Origin: Paracoccaceae bacterium
GTDB lineage: Bacteria; Pseudomonadota; Alphaproteobacteria; Rhodobacterales; Rhodobacteraceae
Length of the DNA: 64,000 nucleotides
NCBI GenBank assembly: GCA_019454225.1
Contig: CP075370.1
Coordinates: forward strand, 2,721,649-2,785,648
Direction: 5' to 3'
Each line of letters opens with the position of its first letter. Position 1 is the first letter of the stretch. Under the pieces are notes generated by a model. That model saw only the letters and a program-made list of their open reading frames with translations. It ran no database searches and had not been told where the DNA came from. Made by a program: the position numbers and the translations under genes. This document shows, piece after piece, positions 1-10,621 of the stretch.

Positions 1-117
1 CCCGACCTGGTCGCCCGCCTGGGGCCGGTGACCGATTTCTTCGCGGTGGGTGAGGAGATCTGGCGGCAGGACGATCCGGTCGCGGCGCTGAGGGACCTGA
101 TCGCGCCGCTGGGCTGA
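1..117 (+). CDS. 3' end of a CDS (last 38 codons); possibly ThiE-like (TMP-TENI) protein
   Basis: Frame 1 is open from the window edge to TGA at 115-117. The tail DFFAVGEEIWRQDDPVAAL resembles C-termini of thiamine-phosphate-synthase-like proteins, but it is too short to be sure. Confidence 0.3.
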   Translation, partial: PDLVARLGPVTDFFAVGEEIWRQDDPVAALRDLIAPLG

Positions 118-146
118 CGCCGACCGGCGCGGCGCGTGGGGCCCGG

Positions 147-974
147 TCACCCGGCCGCATGCCCCGCGTCATGGGCGGACCGGATCACCCGCTCGCAATG
201 CTGCGCCAGCGCCTTGCGGTCGGGAAAGGCGGAAACCGCGACCGGCGGATGGAACGTCACCTCGACCCGCCCCTGCCGTGGCTGTGCAAGGATGCGCGCC
301 AGATGGCTGCCGAACTCCATGTCGCCCCACCAGCCGTAAAGCCGCGCATCCTGGCCCTTCGGGGCATGATAGACCACGCTGACCGGCTGGACATGCAGGC
401 TGTCGCGCAGATCCTCGGCGAAGAAGGCGGCGAACAGCGTGGATTTGAACGGCAGCACCCGCAGCGCATCGGTCGATGTGCCCTCGGGGAAGAACAGCAG
501 GCGATGCCCGGCCTTCAGCCGCGCCTCGAAAACCGCCGCCTGGTCCTTGGCCTCGGCGCCCTTGCGGGCGATGAACACCGTGCCGGTCGCGCGTGCCAGC
601 CAGCCGATGCCCGGCCATCCCGCCACCTCGGACTTGGCGACGAAATACACGCAGTCGCAGGCGTTCAGCACGAAGATGTCCAGCCAGGTGGCGTGGTTCG
701 CCACGACCGCGCCCTTCTGTCGCATCGGCTGTCCGTGGCGCACCAGCCGCAGCCCCATGAACCGCAGCGCACTGCGGCAGACGAAGCGGGTGATGTATGG
801 CGTCACCGGGCGGGCCTGCCCGCAAAGCGGCCGCTCCACCAGTCGCACCAGCAGCAGAATCACAAGGCAGCCGTAGGTCACGGCGAACAGCGGCGCCCCC
901 CGCAGCACGATCCGCAGCCAGTCACCCGGGCCGGGCCGCCAGGGCGGCAGGCGCGCGGCAAGCCAGTCGCTCAT
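147..974 (-). CDS. olsA: Lysophospholipid/lyso-ornithine-lipid O-acyltransferase (PlsC family), OlsA
   Basis: Acyltransferase motifs VANHATWLDIF (HX4D block) and FFPEGTSTD. ATGA start/stop overlap with the upstream olsB-like gene at 971-974. Confidence 0.8.
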   Translation of the reverse strand: MSDWLAARLPPWRPGPGDWLRIVLRGAPLFAVTYGCLVILLLVRLVERPLCGQARPVTPYITRFVCRSALRFMGLRLVRHGQPMRQKGAVVANHATWLDIFVLNACDCVYFVAKSEVAGWPGIGWLARATGTVFIARKGAEAKDQAAVFEARLKAGHRLLFFPEGTSTDALRVLPFKSTLFAAFFAEDLRDSLHVQPVSVVYHAPKGQDARLYGWWGDMEFGSHLARILAQPRQGRVEVTFHPPVAVSAFPDRKALAQHCERVIRSAHDAGHAAG

Positions 975-1759
975 GCCGGGGCGCGGTCCTGCTTGCGGGC
1001 GTAGAAATCGCGATGCCGGTCGCTCATCCGGGTGGTGTCCATGATCAGGCAGACATCGGTGGTATTGAAGGCGTGGTCGATCCAGGCCCCGTCACCGACG
1101 TAGCCACCCAGTCGCAGATAGGCCTTGATCAGCGCGGGCGTGGCCAGCATCGCCGCCTTGCGGTCCAGTGCCTCGGGCGGCAGCAGGTCCATCTCCTGCC
1201 GGTGTTCGGGACGCGCGCGCACACGGATCGGCGCGGGTGCCAGGTGGTGGTGGTACAGCCAGGACAGCGGCTGTGCCAGCGGTGCCGGATCGCGCCCGTG
1301 AAAGCTTGCCACGCCGAACAGCACCTCGATTCCCCGCGACAGCACATAGTCGGCCAACCCGTTCCACAGGTGGAACATCGCGGAACCGCCACGGTAATCG
1401 ACATGCACGCAGGACCGCCCGAGTTCCACCAGCCGCCGGCCCGTGGCGACCAGCGGCGACAGGTCGTATTCGCTGTCGGAATAGAAGCGGCCGAACCCTG
1501 CGGCGCGTTCGGATGTCAGCAGGCGATAGACCCCCACGACGTCATCAAGCGCCGCGGCATCGCGCCGCGTGTCCACCAGGATCAGATGATCAAAGACCGT
1601 GTCGAATTCGTCGATCTCCAACCGCGCCGCATGATCGACCAGCGGGCCGTCGCCCCCAAGTTCCTGCACGAACACGGCATACCGCAGCCGTTGCGCCGCC
1701 CGCAGATCGCGTTCGTCGCGTGCAAGACGCAAGACAAGATGCGGATCGTCCGCCTTCAT
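971..1759 (-). CDS. olsB: Ornithine N-acyltransferase (GNAT/hemolysin-like), OlsB
   Basis: N-terminus LRLARDERDLRAAQRLRYAVFVQELG is typical of OlsB-type acyltransferases, and the gene is coupled to olsA. The track start at 1825 is TTG; I chose ATG 1759, preceded by GGGAGAGG. Confidence 0.75.
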   Translation of the reverse strand: MKADDPHLVLRLARDERDLRAAQRLRYAVFVQELGGDGPLVDHAARLEIDEFDTVFDHLILVDTRRDAAALDDVVGVYRLLTSERAAGFGRFYSDSEYDLSPLVATGRRLVELGRSCVHVDYRGGSAMFHLWNGLADYVLSRGIEVLFGVASFHGRDPAPLAQPLSWLYHHHLAPAPIRVRARPEHRQEMDLLPPEALDRKAAMLATPALIKAYLRLGGYVGDGAWIDHAFNTTDVCLIMDTTRMSDRHRDFYARKQDRAPA

Positions 1760-1894
1760 CGCCTCTCCCGGAGCGCCGTCCCCTGCGGCTGGCGCCGTAT
1801 TAGGGGTGGGGCGGCAGCGATGCAACAGCCTTCGCCGCCATGTACCGGGGACGCAACAATCTGTGGTTGAACTTCGGACGGCCCATCCCTAGCG

Positions 1895-2089
1895 TCAGAT
1901 GTGCGGATCGGGGGGGGAGCCGAAGACGGGTGTCAGTTCGACCATGCGCCCGTCGATCACCACCTTGCCCGCGTGTTCGAAGTTGACCGTGATCCGGTCG
2001 CCGATGGCCGATTGCACCTGGCCGCGCCCCCAGTCGGGCTGACCGGGATGAACGACCAGCATGCCGGGCGAAAGGACTGCGTTCGACAT
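1895..2089 (-). CDS. DUF3553-like small protein
   Basis: The conserved core VVHPGQPDWGRGQVQSAIGDRITVNFEHAGKVVI resembles DUF3553. The start was moved to the internal ATG (MSNAVL) at 2089. Confidence 0.6.
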   Translation of the reverse strand: MSNAVLSPGMLVVHPGQPDWGRGQVQSAIGDRITVNFEHAGKVVIDGRMVELTPVFGSPPDPHI

Positions 2090-2139
2090 GCCAAGGTTCC
2101 CCGCTTGCGGCCAGGCCGCCTTTTCGGATCGAGACCCCG

Positions 2140-2775
2140 ATGCGCGACGACGCGACCGAAGACCCCTCTGCCAGCCAGCCTGCGAACGACACCGATCTTG
2201 CCGCACTGATCGGGTCGCGCATCTGTCACGACCTTATCAGCCCGATCGGGGCGATCGGCAACGGGGTCGAGCTTCTGATGATGGAATCCGGCACGAAAAG
2301 CCCGGAGGTGGCGCTGATCGCCGACAGCGTGGCCCAGGCCAACGCCCGCGTCCGGTTCTTCCGTGTGGCCTTCGGGGCGGCGTCGGCCGGGCAGCGGATC
2401 GGCCGGTCAGAGATCGTGCAGGTCCTGGCTGACCTGACACGCGGCGGCCGCATCGTCACCCGCTGGCAGTCGCCCGCCGATCTGTCGCGCCCGGAGGCCA
2501 AGCTTGCCTGCCTTGTGATCATGGCCTGCGAGACCGCCCTGCCCTTCGGCGGGCGCATCACGGTGACGCTGGATGATGACGGTCGCTGGCTGGCCATGGC
2601 CGAAGGCGCGCGGCTGCGGGTGGACCCGGAGCTCTGGCGGGGGCTGACACAGGGCAGCGGCCCGGTTCCGGCACCCGCCCATGTGCATTTCGCGCTGATC
2701 CCGCTGGCGGCCGACCGCGTTGGCCGCCAGCTGACGGTCGAGATCTCCGATACCGCGATACGGATCGCGTTCTGA
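2140..2775 (+). CDS. chpT: Histidine phosphotransferase ChpT (CckA-ChpT-CtrA relay)
   Basis: Signature LIGSRICHDLISPIGAIGNGVELL with the phosphorylatable His; 211 aa, typical size; ATG at 2140. Confidence 0.85.
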   Translation: MRDDATEDPSASQPANDTDLAALIGSRICHDLISPIGAIGNGVELLMMESGTKSPEVALIADSVAQANARVRFFRVAFGAASAGQRIGRSEIVQVLADLTRGGRIVTRWQSPADLSRPEAKLACLVIMACETALPFGGRITVTLDDDGRWLAMAEGARLRVDPELWRGLTQGSGPVPAPAHVHFALIPLAADRVGRQLTVEISDTAIRIAF

Positions 2776-2783
2776 TCGCGCGC

Positions 2784-4061
2784 CTAGCGGCGCACCGTCC
2801 CGTCGCCGGTGACGAGATACTTGAAGCTGGTCAACTGCTCGGCGCCGACAGGCCCGCGCGCATGCAGCTTGCCCGTGGCGATGCCGATTTCGGCGCCCAT
2901 GCCGAACTCGCCACCATCCGCGAACTGGGTCGAGGCGTTGCGCATCAGGATGGCGCTGTCCAGCCGGGTAAAGAACCTGTCGGCCGCCGCGTCGTCCTCG
3001 GTCAGGATGCTTTCGGTATGGCTGCTGCCATGGCGGCGGATATGGGCAATCGCCCCGTCCACGTCATCGACCACGGCGGCGGCAATGATCATGTCGAGGA
3101 ACTCGCGCCCGAAGTCGTCGGGCGACGCCGGTTTCACCCCGGGCAGATGGTGCAGCCCCTCGCCCGCCCGGACCTCGACCCCAGCGCCCACCAGATCGGC
3201 GATCACCTGCGCGCCAAGCCCCGCCACGAGATCGCGATGGATCAGCAGGCATTCGGCAGACCCGCAGATTCCGGTGCGCCGTGTCTTGGCATTCAGCACC
3301 ACCGCGCGCGCCTTTGCCGGATCGGCGGCACGGTCGAGGTAGACATGGCAGATGCCTTCCAGATGCGCAAAGACCGGTACCCGCGCCTCGGACTGGACCA
3401 GGCCGACGAGGCCCTTGCCACCGCGCGGCACGATGACGTCGATCCAGTCGGTCGCACGCAGCATTTCGGCCACGAATGCCCGGTCGCGGCTGGGCACCAG
3501 CTGGATCGCCGCCTCGGGCAGACCGGCGGCGCGCAGGCCCGCGACCATCGCCGCATGGATCGCCATCGACGAATGGAGCGACTCGGAACCGCCCCGCAGG
3601 ATCACGGCATTGCCCGCCTTGAGGCACAGCGCACCGGCATCGGCCGTCACGTTCGGGCGGCTCTCGTAGATCACGCCGATCACCCCCAGGGGGGTCGCCA
3701 CGCGCCGGATCGTCAGCCCCGAGGGCACCGTCCATTCCGCCAGCACGCGGCCCACGGGGTCATTCTGCGCCGCGACGGCCCGCAGGCCCTCGGCGATGCC
3801 CTGCACCCGCCCCGCGTCAAGCCGCAGCCGATCCGACATCGCGGGCGACAGCCCCTTGTCACGGGCCGCCCCCATGTCCCGCGCATTGGCCTCGAGGATC
3901 GCAGGCAGCGTCTGCAGAACCGCATCGGCCGCGGCAGCAATGGCCGCCTGCTTCTGCGCAGGGGGCGCGAAGGCAAGATCGGCGGCAGCCGCACGCGCGG
4001 CCCGCCCCATCGTCTCGATCAGCCCGGTATCGACCTGCCCGGTATCGACCTGCCCGTCCAT
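2784..4061 (-). CDS. proA: Glutamate-5-semialdehyde dehydrogenase
   Basis: Full-length ProA-like sequence ([24 protein letters not shown]). The N-terminus carries a duplicated QVDTG; the alternative start is ATG 4010. Confidence 0.9.
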   Translation of the reverse strand: MDGQVDTGQVDTGLIETMGRAARAAAADLAFAPPAQKQAAIAAAADAVLQTLPAILEANARDMGAARDKGLSPAMSDRLRLDAGRVQGIAEGLRAVAAQNDPVGRVLAEWTVPSGLTIRRVATPLGVIGVIYESRPNVTADAGALCLKAGNAVILRGGSESLHSSMAIHAAMVAGLRAAGLPEAAIQLVPSRDRAFVAEMLRATDWIDVIVPRGGKGLVGLVQSEARVPVFAHLEGICHVYLDRAADPAKARAVVLNAKTRRTGICGSAECLLIHRDLVAGLGAQVIADLVGAGVEVRAGEGLHHLPGVKPASPDDFGREFLDMIIAAAVVDDVDGAIAHIRRHGSSHTESILTEDDAAADRFFTRLDSAILMRNASTQFADGGEFGMGAEIGIATGKLHARGPVGAEQLTSFKYLVTGDGTVRR

Positions 4062-4106
4062 CGCATCCTCCGTCCTGCGCGGGGCCGCGTCAGGCCCCGC
4101 CTGCCG

Positions 4107-6310
<2,204 letters not shown>

Positions 6311-6353
6311 TCAAGGGCGCCCCCCGGCACCAGCCGGGTGGGGGGACGGGTGG

Positions 6354-6923
6354 TCAGCCAAGGCGTTTCAGATAGGTCCAGGTCGGCACGCGGGCATTGC
6401 GGGCGACCGAAAAGCTCTCGGCGTCGCCGATGTATTCGAAGCCCGCATTCGTCAGCACCCGCGCCGAACCGGGATTGTCCTGGAACACCTCGGCAAAGAT
6501 CGTGCGGTTGGCCTGCGGGTTCGCCGCAAGCAGCGCCTGCACCGCCTCGGAAGCGATGCCGATGTTCCAGAAGGCGGGCGCCACCCAGTAGCCGATTTCG
6601 GACTGTCCGCGGTCCATTGCCTTGAGGCTGATCACGCCCAGAACCTCGGGCAGGCCGGACTGCGTGCCGTCGATGACCCAGATATCCTCGCCCGCGCCGC
6701 GCTTCATCGCGCGGGTGACAAAGGCCTCTGCCGCACCGGGCGGCAGCGGATGGGGGATGGATCGGGTGGCCTCGGCAACCCGCCGGTCGCCCGCATAGAG
6801 GGCGAACAGCCCGGCATCGGCGCGCCGGGCCGGGCGCAGCGCAAAGCGCCCGGACGCGATCGCACCCTCGGGCACGGCAAGGGGCGGCGGCGCCGCTGCC
6901 GCCCTGTTCAGGTCGAGTGTCAT
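6354..6923 (-). CDS. GNAT family N-acetyltransferase (RimJ/RimL-like)
   Basis: GNAT core IGYWVAPAFWNIGIASEAVQALL. Start set to ATG 6923, preceded by GGAGGGA. Confidence 0.75.
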   Translation of the reverse strand: MTLDLNRAAAAPPPLAVPEGAIASGRFALRPARRADAGLFALYAGDRRVAEATRSIPHPLPPGAAEAFVTRAMKRGAGEDIWVIDGTQSGLPEVLGVISLKAMDRGQSEIGYWVAPAFWNIGIASEAVQALLAANPQANRTIFAEVFQDNPGSARVLTNAGFEYIGDAESFSVARNARVPTWTYLKRLG

Positions 6924-7090
6924 GGCTTCCCTCCTCGAAACCACGGACGGAGCGGCACCCGCCACCCCGCGAAATTTCCTGTCCCACACATGATGTGGGA
7001 ACGCTGCAACCCGGTCGCAACCATCGCGGGCGTGTCGCCCTGCGGCCGCCGGGGCCCTTTCTGCCCGCCGAACCCGGCGGAAATGAGGAA

Positions 7091-7136
7091 GGGGACCGGC
7101 CTTCCGGCCGATCCCCTGCTTACATCCCGGATGTAA
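7091..7136 (-). terminator. Tandem hairpins downstream of rpmA (putative intrinsic terminator)
   Basis: Minus strand after the TAA stop: TTACATC-ccg-GATGTAA (7 bp), then GGGGATCGGCC-ggaa-GGCCGGTCCCC (11 bp, one G-U), followed by TTCCTCATTT. Confidence 0.55.
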
Positions 7137-7145
7137 AGGTTCGGC

Positions 7146-7415
7146 TTACTCGGCTGCCTCGGCTGCGGGGACCACCGAAATGAACGTACGGCCCTTGAGC
7201 CCGCGCTTGAACGTCACATGACCCTCGACCGTCGCAAAGATCGTGTGGTCGCGGCCCATGCCGACACCCGCGCCCGGATGCCAGGTGGTGCCGCGCTGGC
7301 GCACGATGATGTTGCCCGGAATGGCCGCCTGACCGCCGAACAGCTTGACGCCCAGACGGCGACCTGCGCTGTCACGACCGTTGCGGGACGAACCGCCTGC
7401 CTTCTTGTGTGCCAT
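7146..7415 (-). CDS. rpmA: 50S ribosomal protein L27
   Basis: [24 protein letters not shown] is the canonical L27 N-terminus; 89 aa. Confidence 0.97.
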   Translation of the reverse strand: MAHKKAGGSSRNGRDSAGRRLGVKLFGGQAAIPGNIIVRQRGTTWHPGAGVGMGRDHTIFATVEGHVTFKRGLKGRTFISVVPAAEAAE

Positions 7416-7427
7416 GGAACGGGCTCC

Positions 7428-7886
7428 TTACGCGGTTGCGGCGTCGGCGGGCTTGGCCGCCTTGGCACGCTTGGGTTTGGCGGGTGCTTCCACAGCCGCG
7501 GGTGCGGTGCCATGCGCGGCGCGGCGCGCGGCGGCCGTTCCGGTCGCGGCCGCAACGCCGGTCGCCTCGGCGCCCGTGCCCAACACGTCGGTCACACGCA
7601 GCAGCGTCAGCTGCTGGCGATGGCCCTTGGTCCGCTGCGACGAATGCTTGCGGCGGCGCTTGACGTAGTGGATCGTCTTCTCGCCCTTGATCTGGTCGAT
7701 CACCTCGGCCTGCACGGCGGCGCCGGCCACGAAGGGCGTGCCGACCGTCAGCGTCTCGCCGCCGACCATCAGGATGTCGTTGAACTGGATCTTCTGTCCA
7801 GCCTCGGCATCAAGCTTCTCAACGCGCAGAACGTCTCCCGCCTGCACCTTGTACTGCTTGCCGCCGGTCTTGAGGACCGCAAACAT
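7428..7886 (-). CDS. rplU: 50S ribosomal protein L21 with Ala/Lys-rich C-terminal extension
   Basis: MFAVLKTGGKQYKVQAGDVLRVEKL is the canonical L21 start (internal ATG at 7886). It has a long A/K/P-rich tail, as in other alphaproteobacterial L21 proteins. Confidence 0.93.
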   Translation of the reverse strand: MFAVLKTGGKQYKVQAGDVLRVEKLDAEAGQKIQFNDILMVGGETLTVGTPFVAGAAVQAEVIDQIKGEKTIHYVKRRRKHSSQRTKGHRQQLTLLRVTDVLGTGAEATGVAAATGTAAARRAAHGTAPAAVEAPAKPKRAKAAKPADAATA

Positions 7887-8024
7887 GGGCCGCTTCCTTC
7901 TCTCGGTTTCCGCGCCCTGCGGCCCCGGATCGCTCCGGCGTTTGGTGCCTTCGGACAGCGCGCCCCCTGCGGGAGCGTCATCAATGTAAAACCCGGCAAA
8001 GCACAGGCCCCGCCGGGATGCGCG

Positions 8025-8053
8025 CTTATGATCCGCAGCCCCGGGCTTGTCAA
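8025..8053 (-). promoter_or_regulatory. Sigma70-like promoter for rplU-rpmA
   Basis: The minus strand reads TTGACA (8053-8048), a 17-nt spacer, then CATAAG (8030-8025), about 140 nt upstream of the rplU ATG. Confidence 0.5.
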
Positions 8054-8090
8054 GCGCCGGGCCCACGCGCGCGCGCCAGATCTCCGGCCC

Positions 8091-8966
8091 CTAGATGTCC
8101 TGCCCCATGAGTTGCAGCGCCGCCGCGCGGCCAAGGTCATAGGACACCTGGCCGAACACCGCGTCGAAGGCGGCGAACAGCGCGTGGTTCAGCTTCTGAC
8201 CCTGCGGACTCATCGAGAAGGCGACGTAGCCCTCAAGGTCGGCGTCCGACACCGGCCCGTAGGCCAGGGCAAGATAGGGGAACAGCCAGGCCTCGGTCTC
8301 GGCGCGGATCTCCGGTTCCTGCCCCCAGACATCGGCCAGCATCTCCTCCTCGCTCACGCCCTGGCCCATCGCCCCGGCGGCGGCCATGCCGCGGTAGAAC
8401 GAGAGGTTGGCGTTGAGCGCGCCCTGCACATTGGCCTCGATCAGGTCGTTCGCCTCGGCAAAGCGGCGCAGCAGGTCGAGCCGCGCATCGCCCCGTGCCG
8501 TCATGTCCTCGACCTCGATGCGGGCGGCTTCTTCCACCGCTTCGTCCAGCAGCGCCCGCCGCGCCTCGATCTCGAGCGTCAGGATGCGTCTGCCGCGATC
8601 CGTGCCGAAGAATGCCCGCGCGGCCGCGAGCGTGTCGGCATCTCCACCGATCTCGGCCGCCATCGCCGCCTCGAACCGCGCAAGCATGGTCGGCGGGTCA
8701 TAGATCGCCTGCACCGCGCCCGTCCAGTCGGCCCCGCCGCGCCCCGGGAACAGTTCGTCCTCGAGTTCGCTGCCATAGGCCAACCCCTCGTCCCGCATCA
8801 CGGCCAGGAAGTCGTCGATCTTCAGAAGCGCCGTCAGATCGGCCGCGCGCGCCGCGCTTTCGCCGGCCGCCTGTGCGAGCACACCCCGGGGCAGCACAAC
8901 CACCGGCGCGGCGGCAAGCGCGCCAACCAGGCAAACCGTCAGCAGTCGAATACGGATTCCCGGCAT
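8091..8966 (-). CDS. Secreted hypothetical protein, DUF2059-like
   Basis: Signal peptide MPGIRIRLLTVCLVGALAAAPVVVL...AQA (start ATG 8966). The C-terminal block LEGYVAFSMSPQGQKL resembles DUF2059; the family name is tentative. Confidence 0.55.
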   Translation of the reverse strand: MPGIRIRLLTVCLVGALAAAPVVVLPRGVLAQAAGESAARAADLTALLKIDDFLAVMRDEGLAYGSELEDELFPGRGGADWTGAVQAIYDPPTMLARFEAAMAAEIGGDADTLAAARAFFGTDRGRRILTLEIEARRALLDEAVEEAARIEVEDMTARGDARLDLLRRFAEANDLIEANVQGALNANLSFYRGMAAAGAMGQGVSEEEMLADVWGQEPEIRAETEAWLFPYLALAYGPVSDADLEGYVAFSMSPQGQKLNHALFAAFDAVFGQVSYDLGRAAALQLMGQDI

Positions 8967-9089
8967 GTCCACCCCCCGAACGGGCGCCCCATGCACCCTT
9001 CCCTTCGCAGGTAATGCCTGGCCCCCCCGTTGCCAAGCACCCGGCACAGGAGCCGGCCGTTTCCCGCCCGCAACCTGTCAGGATGCCCC

Positions 9090-9118
9090 TTGCAGCCCCT
9101 GTGTCACTTCGCTAAGAG
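9090..9118 (+). promoter_or_regulatory. Possible promoter of tRNA-Ser
   Basis: TTGCAG (9090-9095), a 16-17 nt spacer, then CTAAGAG, ending about 25 nt upstream of the tRNA 5' end. Confidence 0.3.
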
Positions 9119-9141
9119 CGCGTCACGAAGACCCCTGACGC

Positions 9142-9231
<90 letters not shown>

Positions 9232-9346
9232 CCCGAACGCCCCCGAAATCCAACGATCTCTGCCAGATGCGCCGGCGCGTTCGGAGAGTTAATGCAACCT
9301 TAGCGCCAGACTGATACTGCTTTCGGGCAACGACCCGGAGGAACCG

Positions 9347-10621
9347 ATGCGGCACGAAACCAAGTTTGCGGCCTGGATCAGGTCAGGCGGCAACAGCGTC
9401 TTCGTCTTGCCGCTTGGTCCGGTTCAGGCGCCGGAAGTCAAGTTCTCGGTGGTCCCTGACAGGCTGCTTGACAGCATCATCGACGATGCGCTGGCTACAG
9501 GCGTTGCCCGGCTGAATGGCTTTCTCCCCGAGGGTGTCAGCATTGACATCACGTCGGTCGACCTCACCGCGATCAGGGATCAACTGCGCAGTTCGGTTGC
9601 GGGTCGCCTGAACGAAACGGGCGTGCCGGTCAATCCCAACGACCCAGTCATCAATGCGATCCTTGCGCGATATGCTGAGGCGCTGAACGGCCACTTTCAA
9701 AGAGATGCGCTGCAGCTCGCAACCTACATCTGGCGCAGTCAGGACGATGCCCGTGTTCGCGCTGCGCATGCAGACCACGACGATCGGGTCTTCGCGTGGG
9801 CCAATCCTCCTGCCGGCGGGCATCCCGGCGAGGCATGGAATTGCCGGTGCACGGCAGAACCAATCATTGATCCCCAGATTCTTCCAGAGGGAGCGGTCTG
9901 CGACATCCTGACAGGGGATCGTCTTTCCGATGTATTCCCGGATGCCGACGAAGCCCGTCTGACGCAAGTTGCCAGGGAGATCGACCTGCAGATCGTGACG
10001 GCCGAGTTGAACAGTCCCGAACGACTGGCGCATTTCTTCGGTCAGGTGCTTCAAGAGGTCGGGCAACGAATGCGACTCGTGGAGAGCCTCGACTATCGGG
10101 CGGACCGCCTAGGATCGATCTTCAGCTACTTCAGGCGTAACCCGGAAGAAGCCTTGCTCTACGGGAGAACTGCCGACCATCCGGCAGATCAGGAAGCCAT
10201 CGCAAACCGTGCCTATGCGGACCGCAACGGCAACGGGAATGTCGAGAGTGGTGACGGGTGGAGATTCCGCGGTCGCGGTCTGAAGCAAGTCACCGGCCGC
10301 GCCAACTATCGGGCCTTCGCCGAAGAACACACGCGAATGTTCGGTGAACAGATCGACTTCGAGGCCGAGCCGGACTTGCTGGGAACACCGCGCTACGCCG
10401 TTCGTTCGGCCCTTTGGTTCTGGCACGCCAACAATCTCTTTTCGCTGGCGGACGCAGGTATTAACCGTGCTGCTGCCGATAGCATTACTGCAATCATCAA
10501 TCGTGGGACGGACTCCTATGGGCAGCGCTGGGAAAACGTTCGTCGGCTGAGCGAGTCGGGGGTCTTCGCAAACGTCTGTCGGTTCTCCGTCTCTCGCCCG
10601 CGCTTCGAGGATGCGGAATGA
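9347..10621 (+). CDS. MuF (SPP1 gp7-like) domain fused to a GH19/COG3179 lysozyme-like peptidoglycan hydrolase domain
   Basis: The MuF signature YIWRSQDDARVRAAHADHDDRVF..NPPAGGHPGEAWNCRCTAEP is followed by GH19-like blocks HFFGQVLQEVG, VESLDY, FRGRGLKQVTGRANY, ALWFWHANN and INRGTD. GGAGGA RBS. Confidence 0.8.
   Translation: MRHETKFAAWIRSGGNSVFVLPLGPVQAPEVKFSVVPDRLLDSIIDDALATGVARLNGFLPEGVSIDITSVDLTAIRDQLRSSVAGRLNETGVPVNPNDPVINAILARYAEALNGHFQRDALQLATYIWRSQDDARVRAAHADHDDRVFAWANPPAGGHPGEAWNCRCTAEPIIDPQILPEGAVCDILTGDRLSDVFPDADEARLTQVAREIDLQIVTAELNSPERLAHFFGQVLQEVGQRMRLVESLDYRADRLGSIFSYFRRNPEEALLYGRTADHPADQEAIANRAYADRNGNGNVESGDGWRFRGRGLKQVTGRANYRAFAEEHTRMFGEQIDFEAEPDLLGTPRYAVRSALWFWHANNLFSLADAGINRAAADSITAIINRGTDSYGQRWENVRRLSESGVFANVCRFSVSRPRFEDAE

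Noticed and set aside
6982-7000. Inverted repeat TCCCACA-catga-TGTGGGA upstream of the GNAT gene
   Set aside because: It has short 7-bp arms and no second copy or associated regulator. It could be an operator or a chance palindrome, and I cannot evaluate which.
7218-9014. 598-aa plus-strand ORF spanning rpmA, rplU and the DUF2059-like gene in antisense
   Set aside because: It lies entirely opposite three well-supported minus-strand genes, including two ribosomal proteins. The Arg/Gly/Ala-rich low-complexity translation is typical of GC-driven shadow ORFs, and it has no RBS.
9383-10066. 227-aa minus-strand ORF inside the islet, antisense to the MuF-GH19 gene (also 10516-10914, 132 aa, antisense across the gene junction)
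   Set aside because: The plus-strand frame carries two independent recognisable domain signatures and good RBSs. The antisense ORFs have no motif, no RBS and no partner genes.
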